A stretch of 64,000 nucleotides of DNA, taken from an uncultured Acidobacteriota bacterium (lineage in GTDB: Bacteria; Acidobacteriota; Thermoanaerobaculia; Gp7-AA8). Positions 20,748-29,139 of this stretch are shown piece after piece (position 1 is the first letter of the stretch; every line of letters starts with the position of its first letter). Under the pieces are notes generated by a model that was not told the DNA's origin, did no database searches, and saw only the letters and a program-made list of their open reading frames with translations. Location of the stretch: contig CAVUKB010000005.1 in assembly GCA_963741955.1 (NCBI GenBank), positions 384,001 to 448,000 of the forward strand, read 5' to 3'. The position numbers and the translations under genes are program-made.

Positions 20748-22220
20748 ATGAGCCAGCCCATGAGCGAGACCCGACCTGAACCTCTGCTCAGTGTCGTCAT
20801 TCCCTGTTACAACGAACGGGCGACCGTGCGTGAGCTTCTGCGTCGCGTACGCGCAGTTCCGATCCAGAAAGAGATCATCGTCGTCGACGACTGCTCGACC
20901 GACGGATCGCGCGACATCGTCGCCCGGATCGCCCTCGAGGCGCCGGAGATTCGCCACATCATCCAACCGGTGAACATGGGTAAGGGCGCAGCGCTCCGCA
21001 GGGGAATCGAGGAAGCCCGTGGCGAGATCGTGGTCATCCAGGATGCGGACCTGGAGTACGAGCCCGAAGAGTACCCACGACTGATCCAGCCGATTCTCGA
21101 CGGTGTGGCGGACGTGGTCTATGGGTCGCGCTTCGAAGGCTACCCGCGGCGGGTGATGATGTACTGGCACACGGTGGGGAACAAGTTTCTGACCTTCCTC
21201 TCGAACGCCACCACGAACCTCAACCTGACCGACATGGAGACCTGCTACAAGGTCTTCCGGCGGGAGATCATTCAGTCGATCCCACTCCGCTCGAACCGCT
21301 TCGGGTTCGAACCGGAGATCACCGCGAAGGTTTCGCGCCGGGGATACCGGGTGTACGAAGTCCCGATCTCCTATCACGGGCGCGACTACTGGGAAGGAAA
21401 GAAGATCAACTGGAAGGACGGGGTCTCCGCGATCTGGACGATTCTCAAGTACGGCCTCTTCTCGTCCGACGGCCACGAAGACCGCGCGTACTCCACATTG
21501 CGGCGGATGTCGCTCCTCAGCCGATACAACCGCTGGATCTGGGACAGCATCCGCCCGTACATCGGTGAGCGCGTCCTCGAAGTCGGCGCGGGAACCGGAA
21601 ACATGACCCGCTTCCTCTACGGGAAGGAGATCGTGGTCGCGACCGACGCAGACGAGACGTATCTGTGGCTGCTCCGGAATCAGTTCCGCCGCCATCCCGG
21701 AGTGATCGTCGAGAAGCTCGTGCTCGGGGACGACCTGTCGGGATTTGCCCACTACCACTTCGACACGGTGGTCTGCCTGAACGTTCTCGAGCACGTCGAG
21801 AACGATGTCGAAGCTCTCCTTCGTCTGCGGGAGATCCTTCCGCCGGGCGGGCGGCTCGTCCTCTACGTTCCCGCGGGCCCGCAGATCTTCGGGAAGCTCG
21901 ACGAGGCGGTCGGACATCACCGGCGTTACACCCGCGAGGAGTTGACGTCGAAAATCGAAGACGCAGGCTTCGAGGTCGAGAAGACGGTGTTCCGTAACCG
22001 GATCGGACGTATCGGCTGGTGGCTCAACGGACGAATACTCGGACGCGCCGAAGTTCCTTCCGTGCAGTCGAGGATCTTCGACCGGCTGGTCCCGCTTTTC
22101 CGCGCGATGGAAGGAGACGACCCGCCGGACGGACTCGGGCTGATCGCGGTCTGCCGGAATCCCGAGCCGAAGCCGGAGAGCGCGTCCCCTGCCGGCCGGC
22201 TGGCGGGGACGTCCGCATGA
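20748..22220 (+). CDS. GT2 (DPM1/Ppm1-like) glycosyltransferase fused to a class I SAM methyltransferase
   Basis: [43 protein letters not shown]; then LEVGAGTG and CLNVLEH. Confidence 0.9.
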   Translation: MSQPMSETRPEPLLSVVIPCYNERATVRELLRRVRAVPIQKEIIVVDDCSTDGSRDIVARIALEAPEIRHIIQPVNMGKGAALRRGIEEARGEIVVIQDADLEYEPEEYPRLIQPILDGVADVVYGSRFEGYPRRVMMYWHTVGNKFLTFLSNATTNLNLTDMETCYKVFRREIIQSIPLRSNRFGFEPEITAKVSRRGYRVYEVPISYHGRDYWEGKKINWKDGVSAIWTILKYGLFSSDGHEDRAYSTLRRMSLLSRYNRWIWDSIRPYIGERVLEVGAGTGNMTRFLYGKEIVVATDADETYLWLLRNQFRRHPGVIVEKLVLGDDLSGFAHYHFDTVVCLNVLEHVENDVEALLRLREILPPGGRLVLYVPAGPQIFGKLDEAVGHHRRYTREELTSKIEDAGFEVEKTVFRNRIGRIGWWLNGRILGRAEVPSVQSRIFDRLVPLFRAMEGDDPPDGLGLIAVCRNPEPKPESASPAGRLAGTSA

Positions 22221-23260
22221 CGCGGAGCGGGACGACAGTTCTGATTCTCGCCGGTGGCGCCGGCACCCGGCTGTGGCCTCTGAGCACGGACGAACGCCCC
22301 AAGCAGTTTCTCCGGATCTTCGCAGGGCGATCGCTCCTCGAGCTGACCTGGTCGCGACTCGCCCCGCTCGCCGCATCACCGTCGCATCTGTTCGTCGCGA
22401 CGAACGAACGATACCGTCCGCTGGTGCGCGAGCAGATCCCCGAGCTGCCGGAGGAGAACATCCTGGTCGAGCCGGCCCGGCGCAACACCGCTCCGGCCAT
22501 CGCGGCATGCTGCCGGGTGATCGCGCGCCGCCACCCCGACGCGGTGGTGGCGATCTTCCCTTCCGACCACGCGATCGAGGATCGTGACGCGGACGACGGA
22601 TCGTTCGCAGCCGTCGCGTCGACGGCGATCGATTTCGCGGCGTCGCACGACGCGCTGGTCACCATCGGAATCCGTCCCACCGAGCCGAACACCGGCTTCG
22701 GGTACCTCGAGCTCGGAGAGGAGCTCGCGACCGGCGTCGTCGGTGTCCGCCGCTTCGTGGAGAAACCGGATCTCGTGACTGCGCAGCAGTACGTCGACTC
22801 GCAACGCTTTCTCTGGAACGGCGGGATGTTCGTCTGGCGTCTTTCCTCCTTCTTCGAGATTCTCGAAAAGGTCGCTCCGGAGATCGCACGCGGGAGTCTC
22901 CGCTTCGTGGAAGCGGATGATGAGCAGCGGCGATCTCTGTACGAGGCGATGCCGTCGATCTCGATCGACTATGCGGTGATGGAGAAGGCAGCAGGCGTCG
23001 CCACGGTGTCGGCGCGGTTCGAATGGTCGGACGTCGGCAGCTGGAAGGCGGTGGCGAGGTTCGCCGGGGCCTCGATTCCAGACAACGTATTCGTCGAAGA
23101 CTCCTCCCGCCTCTTCGTCCGCTCCGATCGCACCCGCCCCGTCGGGGTCGTCGGTCTCGACAACGTCGCGGTGATCGAGACCGAGGAAGGACTCCTGGTG
23201 CTGAACCTCGAGAAGTCCGAGTTGCTCAGCGCTCTCGTGAAGCGGATGGGAGGCATCTAG
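22217..23260 (+). CDS. manC: Mannose-1-phosphate guanylyltransferase
   Basis: [60 protein letters not shown]; ATGA overlap. Confidence 0.92.
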   Translation: MTRSGTTVLILAGGAGTRLWPLSTDERPKQFLRIFAGRSLLELTWSRLAPLAASPSHLFVATNERYRPLVREQIPELPEENILVEPARRNTAPAIAACCRVIARRHPDAVVAIFPSDHAIEDRDADDGSFAAVASTAIDFAASHDALVTIGIRPTEPNTGFGYLELGEELATGVVGVRRFVEKPDLVTAQQYVDSQRFLWNGGMFVWRLSSFFEILEKVAPEIARGSLRFVEADDEQRRSLYEAMPSISIDYAVMEKAAGVATVSARFEWSDVGSWKAVARFAGASIPDNVFVEDSSRLFVRSDRTRPVGVVGLDNVAVIETEEGLLVLNLEKSELLSALVKRMGGI

Positions 23261-23384
23261 GATCGAGGATCGAGGATCGAGGATCGAGGATCGAGGATCG
23301 AGGATCGAGGATCGAGGATCGAGGATCGAGGCATCGAGGATCGAGGCATCGAGGCATCGAGGCATCGAGGATCGAAGATCGAGG
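23250..23384. repeat. (GAGGATC)n tandem heptamer with GAGGCATC variants
   Basis: 9 perfect GAGGATC units at 23265-23327, then mixed 7/8-mers; degenerate CTGTCGGAC-type nonamers follow at about 23392-23426. Confidence 0.95.
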
Positions 23385-23446
23385 CCAAACCCGTCGGACC
23401 TGTCGGCCCTGTCCGACAAGTCTGACGCCGAGCTTCGACGGCAGTC

Positions 23447-24280
23447 CTACCCGAAGAGCGCCGCTGCGTTCTCCCACAGGATCTTCTGCTCCATCGCTTC
23501 GCCGAGCCCGAGCGACCGGAGCTCGTCCACGTTCGCCGACATCGAGGTCACGCCGGGCGATGGCCAGTCGGTGCCCCACAGGACCTTCTCCGCGACGTCG
23601 CCGATCCTCGGGAGATACCGAAGGAGCGCCCGAGGAGGGATACCGGAGACGTCGATCCTGACGTTGGGATGCCTCCGGGTGAGGAAGAACGCTGTCTCCC
23701 CGTAGAGAGGGCGCCCCGCGTGGGCGAGGATGATCGGCAACCGCGGGAAATCGACTGCGACGTCGTCCACCGGCATCGGGTCGGCGTAGACGTTGCGCGC
23801 TCCCGGAAAGACCGACGTCCCGGTGTGGAACATCACCGGAACCGAGCGTGCCTCGCACTCGCGATAGATCTCCGCGAGCGCTGGAAGCTCGTCACGGTAC
23901 GCGTTCGCCGCATACAGCTGGTGCGGCGGGTGGATCTTAATCATCCGCATCCCGCCGTCCAGGATCCGCCGGACTTCACCTCCGACGTCGGGCTGCAGGC
24001 GCGCGTGGACCGAGCCGACGGGGAGGAGCCGGTCGCGATGGCCGCGCGTGAAGTCGAGAATCCAGTCGTTCACTTCGGGGGTGAATCCCGTCACTTCCGG
24101 CGAGACGTAGTTGATGCAGCAGATCCGCTCGATTCCGTTCGCGTCGAGGTGCCGGAGCATCGCGTCCGCGCTGGAGAGTGCCTCTTTCGCGTCGGCGTGT
24201 CCCGGATCGTCGATCATCGCGAGCACTTCCGGCCGCACCATCTGCCACGGCTGAACGTGAACGTGGACGTCGAAGATCAT
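23447..24280 (-). CDS. Amidohydrolase_2 family metal-dependent hydrolase
   Basis: DVHVH, KIHP, FHTG, AHAG, WGTDWP, ENAA. Confidence 0.9.
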   Translation of the reverse strand: MIFDVHVHVQPWQMVRPEVLAMIDDPGHADAKEALSSADAMLRHLDANGIERICCINYVSPEVTGFTPEVNDWILDFTRGHRDRLLPVGSVHARLQPDVGGEVRRILDGGMRMIKIHPPHQLYAANAYRDELPALAEIYRECEARSVPVMFHTGTSVFPGARNVYADPMPVDDVAVDFPRLPIILAHAGRPLYGETAFFLTRRHPNVRIDVSGIPPRALLRYLPRIGDVAEKVLWGTDWPSPGVTSMSANVDELRSLGLGEAMEQKILWENAAALFG

Positions 24281-24293
24281 CGCGGAAAGACGC

Positions 24294-24743
24294 TCAGCTC
24301 ATCACCAGGCGCATGCAGGTGGCACTCTCCGGGCAGGCGCCCTGCAGCTGTGACGACGAGAGGAGCTGCGGATGGATCTGATCGCGGTCGATCACCTTGA
24401 ACCCGCGCTTCCGGAAGAACTCTTCGGCCCCTTCGGTGAGGAGATAGAACTCGCGCAGCCCGCGCGAGGAGAGCCGGTCGAGAAGCTCCCGCACGATCCT
24501 TCGCCCGAGTCCCATCCCGCGGTACTCGGGATCGACCGCGATCGACCGCAGGAGTGCGGCGAACTGGTAGGCTTCGGCTCCTCCGCACGCCACGGCCACC
24601 GCTCCGTCGCGCGCGATGACGAAGTTCCTAAGATGCGCCTCCACGTCGGAGGTCATCAGCTGGTTCCGCTCGAGGAGGGAGAGGACCTCCGGGAGGTCGT
24701 CGGGTAAGGCCGGAGTGATCCGGAGATCGGCAAGAGTCTTCAT
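24294..24743 (-). CDS. GNAT N-acetyltransferase, ArsN2-like
   Basis: LLRSIAVDPEYRGMGLG, YLLT, FFRKRGF, C-terminal CPESATCM. Confidence 0.8.
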   Translation of the reverse strand: MKTLADLRITPALPDDLPEVLSLLERNQLMTSDVEAHLRNFVIARDGAVAVACGGAEAYQFAALLRSIAVDPEYRGMGLGRRIVRELLDRLSSRGLREFYLLTEGAEEFFRKRGFKVIDRDQIHPQLLSSSQLQGACPESATCMRLVMS

Positions 24744-24896
24744 CTCCCCCCTCTGCTGAATCGGAATTCGTACGACGGATGAAGATATGTGATGAGGCCG
24801 TATCGCGCAAGCGATCGGAAGGAACGGAGAGAAGAGCGACCCCGGATCCGCTCGCGGCTCGCTTTGCGGAGCGCTTCGCGCGGGCCGCTCGATCCG

Positions 24897-25625
24897 TCAG
24901 CGCAGTTCGAACGTCACGTCGACATGGAACTCCATCTCCAGGGTTCCCTCCTCCACCGGTACGCTCGAAGCTGCAACTCGCGACTCCATCGCCATGGCCA
25001 TGGGTCGGGGAGGTGGCGGAGTCATTCCTTCTTCGGAGATCACGATCGCGCGTCCCAACGTCCTGCCGGCCGCTTCGGCGAGCGCCTGCGCGCTGCTCTT
25101 CGCATTCTCGTACGCCTGGCGCAGCCCCGTTCTTCGGGCAGCTTCGGGGTCGGCGATGCTCATGTTGAGCCCGGAGGCATTGTTTGCTCCCGCATCGACG
25201 GCGGCCTGGAGCAGCTTCCCTGCGGTCGTGGCTTTCGACGTCGTCACCACCACCGAGTTGTTCACCTGGTAGCCGGTGAGTCGCGGCGCCTCTCCCTGCT
25301 GGTAGACCTGCTGCGGATAGACCGAAAAATTGGTGGTGCGAATCTGATCCGGAGTCGCCCCCGCCTTCTTCAGTGCGTCGACCACTCCGGAAACGCGGGT
25401 GTTGTTCTGACGGACCGCGTCATCGACCGTCGGAGCCGTCGTCTGCACCCCGATGGTGAACGTCACCCGGTCGGGAGTGAGCGAGAGCCTCGCGTTTCCA
25501 CGTACCGTGACGGTGTCCGCGAGAGTTCCCGCAGGTGCCATCTCCGCGGCGAGCAGACGCGCCGCAGGAAGAAGAAAAAGGAGCATCACAGCTCCGGTGA
25601 TCTGAACCACAAAACGCTGTCGCAT
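24897..25625 (-). CDS. SIMPL (DUF541) domain exported protein
   Basis: Signal peptide, TVTVRG...PD, IRTTNFSVYPQ, GYQVNN, DAGAN; GGAGG RBS. Confidence 0.9.
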   Translation of the reverse strand: MRQRFVVQITGAVMLLFLLPAARLLAAEMAPAGTLADTVTVRGNARLSLTPDRVTFTIGVQTTAPTVDDAVRQNNTRVSGVVDALKKAGATPDQIRTTNFSVYPQQVYQQGEAPRLTGYQVNNSVVVTTSKATTAGKLLQAAVDAGANNASGLNMSIADPEAARRTGLRQAYENAKSSAQALAEAAGRTLGRAIVISEEGMTPPPPRPMAMAMESRVAASSVPVEEGTLEMEFHVDVTFELR

Positions 25626-25850
25626 AACACCTCCTCGAGTGAGCTGCATCACTTACGGATTCCCGGTGCAAGCTACCATGTCTTCGAACGTGAGGCCCGG
25701 CGTTCGAGGCCCTGGGCGGCTGATCCGAGAGCGAATATACGGGCGACGAGTCTGGTTGCGGTGGTCGGGACCGGAAGGCAAGTCCGATCTCAATAGCGGC
25801 CATCGCCGGCAACCGGTCATGCGGCGGCCGGAATCCAGGAGAGGGAAGAA

Positions 25851-26084
25851 ATGGCAGATCCGAATGACAAAGTTCCCGGGCAGGATCCAGGTGCGTACTA
25901 CGTCGACAGTCAGTGCATCGACTGCGACCTTTGCCGGGAGACTGCGCCCGACAACTTCACCCGCAACGACGAGGAAGGCTTCACGTACGTGTGCAAACAG
26001 CCCGCGGGCGCGGATGAAGAAAACCTGGTGAAGGACGCCATGGCGAACTGCCCCGTCGAGGCGATCGGCGCCGACGGCGTTTAG
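25851..26084 (+). CDS. Monocluster ferredoxin
   Basis: CIDCDLC...CPVEAI; purine-rich RBS. Confidence 0.93.
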   Translation: MADPNDKVPGQDPGAYYVDSQCIDCDLCRETAPDNFTRNDEEGFTYVCKQPAGADEENLVKDAMANCPVEAIGADGV

Positions 26085-26091
26085 TCTCTTC

Positions 26092-26125
26092 CGGAGGGGC
26101 CGGCGCCGTCCGGCGCCCCCCTCCG
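26092..26125. terminator. GC-rich hairpin between convergent genes
   Basis: CGGAGGGG-CC-GGCGCCG-TC-CGGCGCC-CCCCTCCG; no U tract. Confidence 0.5.
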
Positions 26126-26545
26126 TCAATGCATGATGCTGTCGGAGCTGACTTCCTCCGCCCAGTTGTCCGCCAGCAGCACCTCGATCAACTCCTGCAG
26201 CTCCTCCATGTGAAACGGCTTGGTCAGGGCAGCGGTCAGGTTGTTGCCTTTCGTGATGGTGAGGATGTCGCCCTTTCCGGACGCGACGATGACCGGCACC
26301 CGCCGTCCCTGCTGGAGATACCAGCTGATCCATTCCTCCCCCGTCATTCCGGGCATGTTGAGATCGAGCAGAATCAACCGCGTATCGGGATTCCGCCGGA
26401 ACATGCTCATCCCTTCTTCGGCACCCTTCGCGGAGAGGACATCGTAACCTTTCCGCTGCAGGAACGAGACGTACAACTGCAGTACGTCCGGATCATCTTC
26501 GATCGCGAGAATCTTTTGTCCGTTCGTAGTATCAGCAGATTGCAT
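26126..26545 (-). CDS. Single-domain response regulator
   Basis: IEDD, LLDLNMPGMTG, SG, TKPF. Confidence 0.9.
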   Translation of the reverse strand: MQSADTTNGQKILAIEDDPDVLQLYVSFLQRKGYDVLSAKGAEEGMSMFRRNPDTRLILLDLNMPGMTGEEWISWYLQQGRRVPVIVASGKGDILTITKGNNLTAALTKPFHMEELQELIEVLLADNWAEEVSSDSIMH

Positions 26546-26667
26546 GACGAAACGACAATTTGCGAACTGCATACCACTCCTCCGCGGAGCGCATGTCGTT
26601 TATACAAAGAACTTTTCGACCCCCACCTTCATCTCCGGTTCGGCTACCGGTGGGATAATGAGCTCCC

Positions 26668-26925
26668 ATGGGAATCGCGACCTGGTGCATCGCCGGACTC
26701 CTCGCCTTCGCCATCGCGCGTGCCATTCCGTTGCAGCGCCGCCGGAACCGCGCCTCTGAGCTCTTCGCCGCCCTCGTGATGGCTCTTCTGGGCGGCGTCG
26801 CCGCCACGGTCATGGACTTCGGCGGATGGCGCGTCATCGACGTGCGTGCGGTCATCTTCGCTCTCGCCTGGTCTCTCGCGGCCATCGCCATCCTCCGGAT
26901 CGTCAACGCTACAATGGCGCGGTGA
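26668..26925 (+). CDS. Small membrane protein, GlsB/YeaQ/YmgE-like
   Basis: MGIATWCIAGLLAFAIAR..., three hydrophobic segments, LLGG. Confidence 0.6.
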   Translation: MGIATWCIAGLLAFAIARAIPLQRRRNRASELFAALVMALLGGVAATVMDFGGWRVIDVRAVIFALAWSLAAIAILRIVNATMAR

Positions 26926-29048
26926 CGAAGATCCGGCGGTACAAGCTCGAGTCCCCCGCGCGAACCAGGAACTACCGCGTCCGCTACGAGGATCAGCTCA
27001 ACAGCGAACAGCTCGAGGTGGTGATGGCGGGAGACGGGCCGATGCTGGTCATCGCCGGCGCCGGCACCGGGAAGACCCGTACTCTCACCTACCGCGTCTC
27101 ACGGCTGATCGAAGACGGAGTCGATCCTTCTTCCATTCTCCTCGTCACGTTCACCAACAAAGCAGCCCGCGAGATGCTCGGCCGCGTCGAGGAGCTCGTC
27201 GCAATCGATACCCGCAGTATCTCCGGCGGAACGTTCCACTCGGTCGGAAACCGCCTCCTCCGCCAACACGCCGAGCGACTCGGTTACCGCTCGAATTTCT
27301 CCATCCTCGACTCCGAGGATTCGAAGGAGATGATGGAGACGGCGATCACCGCCGCCGGGATTCCGACGCTCGAGAAACGATTCCCGAAAGGGGACGTCCT
27401 CCTCGAGATCCATTCGTTCGTCGCCAACACCGCGACCCCGCTCGAGGCACATCTCGAAGAGAACTACCCGCACTTCGCTACCTGGCTCTCGGAGATCCGG
27501 AGCGTCTTCGCGCAGTATGCGCATCGCAAGCTCGAGGCGAACGTGATGGACTTCGACGATCTCCTCCTCAACTGGAAGCGTCTCCTCGACGAGCATCCGG
27601 AGGCCGCGGAAGTACTCCGGATCCGCTACCGCCATCTTCTGGTCGACGAGTATCAGGACACGAACCGGCTCCAGGCGGAGATCATCGACTCCATGGCTGC
27701 GCACCACCGCAACGTGATGGTCGTCGGGGATGATGCACAGTCGATCTACTCGTTCCGTGGTGCATCGTTCGAGAACATCATCACGTTTCCGCAGCGCTTT
27801 CCCGACGCGCGCGTGTTCAAGCTGGAGACGAACTACCGCTCGTCGCCCCAGATCCTCTCCCTCGCCAACGCCGCGATCGCACACAACCGCTTCCAGTTTC
27901 CGAAGCAGCTTCACGCCGTCCGCGGCTCCGGACCCGATCCGGCGATGGTCGGCGTCGACGACGTCTACGAGCAGGCGTCCTTCGTCGCTCAGCGCATCCT
28001 CGAGCTCCGCGACGAAGGAGAATCGCTCGACGAGATCGCCATCCTCTACCGCTCCCACTACCAGTCTCTGGAACTGCAGATGGAGCTCTCCCGACGGATG
28101 ATCCCCTACGAGATCCGCTCCGGCGTCCGCTTCTTCGAACAGGCCCACATCAAAGACGTCCTCGGGTACCTGAAGATCATCACCAATCCGACCGATGAGC
28201 TCTCCTGGAAACGAACGCTGAAGCTCTATCCGAAGATCGGCACCCGCACTGCGTCCGAGATCTGGAGCGAGCTCTCCCGATCCCGCGACCCTCTCGGCAC
28301 TTTCCTCGCCGGAAGGATCCAGATCCGCAGCCGCGGAGCGGGAGAGAGCGTTCGGAGTCTCCGACACACCCTCGAGACTCTCAGCCGTGATGCGATGAAG
28401 CGCAGCCCGTCCGAAGCGATCCGGCTCATCCTGACGGAAGGGTACGGTGATTACGTCCGGGCGAAGTTTCCGAACTCCGACGCGCGTCTCGACGACCTCG
28501 AGCAGCTGTCGAATTACGCACTTAGGTACGACGACGTCGACGCGTTTCTGAACGAGCTCGCCCTGTCGAACCCTCTCAGCGGCGAGGACGTCGCCGCTCT
28601 CGCATCCGAAGACGAGAGAGTGATCCTCTCGTCGGTGCACCAGGCGAAAGGGCTGGAGTGGAGGACCGTGTTCGTCATCTGGCTCGCCGACGGACGCTTC
28701 CCCTCGGTGCGGGCGATGCGCGGAACGGGCGCCATCATCCGGATCAGGAAAAACGCGCCGCCGATCCCCGAAGTGCCGGTGGAGAAGCTCCTCACCGGAA
28801 ATGCGGAAGGTGGAGATGAGCCGGTGTACGCGACGGTCGATCGCGGCGAGGAGATCGAACTCTCCATTCCCGGTGAAGAGGAGGAACGGCGGCTGTTCTA
28901 CGTCGCGCTCACCCGAGCGATGAACGAGGTCTACCTCGTCTACCCGGTGATGGCCCGCGACCGGATGCAGATGGACGTGCTGATGGAGCCGTCCCGATTC
29001 GTGCGCGAGCTCCCCGGCGATCTGTACGAGAAGTGGGTGATCGGCTAA
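26922..29048 (+). CDS. UvrD/PcrA/Rep-family SF1 DNA helicase
   Basis: AGAGTGKT, TFTNKAA, VDEYQDTN, VGDDAQSIYSFRGA, NYRS, HQAKGLEW, EERRLFYVALTRA. Confidence 0.95.
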   Translation: MTKIRRYKLESPARTRNYRVRYEDQLNSEQLEVVMAGDGPMLVIAGAGTGKTRTLTYRVSRLIEDGVDPSSILLVTFTNKAAREMLGRVEELVAIDTRSISGGTFHSVGNRLLRQHAERLGYRSNFSILDSEDSKEMMETAITAAGIPTLEKRFPKGDVLLEIHSFVANTATPLEAHLEENYPHFATWLSEIRSVFAQYAHRKLEANVMDFDDLLLNWKRLLDEHPEAAEVLRIRYRHLLVDEYQDTNRLQAEIIDSMAAHHRNVMVVGDDAQSIYSFRGASFENIITFPQRFPDARVFKLETNYRSSPQILSLANAAIAHNRFQFPKQLHAVRGSGPDPAMVGVDDVYEQASFVAQRILELRDEGESLDEIAILYRSHYQSLELQMELSRRMIPYEIRSGVRFFEQAHIKDVLGYLKIITNPTDELSWKRTLKLYPKIGTRTASEIWSELSRSRDPLGTFLAGRIQIRSRGAGESVRSLRHTLETLSRDAMKRSPSEAIRLILTEGYGDYVRAKFPNSDARLDDLEQLSNYALRYDDVDAFLNELALSNPLSGEDVAALASEDERVILSSVHQAKGLEWRTVFVIWLADGRFPSVRAMRGTGAIIRIRKNAPPIPEVPVEKLLTGNAEGGDEPVYATVDRGEEIELSIPGEEEERRLFYVALTRAMNEVYLVYPVMARDRMQMDVLMEPSRFVRELPGDLYEKWVIG

Positions 29049-29139
29049 CCCGCATTATTCACGGGACTTCTACTGCGAAAACGGATCAGCGGTCGCGATC
29101 CGACCGCCATCTCCGCCGGCTCGTGACGCGCGTCCCGCG

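Noticed and set aside
24780-24895. Riboswitch or ncRNA upstream of the GNAT gene
   Set aside because: Only weak imperfect GC pairing and no recognisable family motif.
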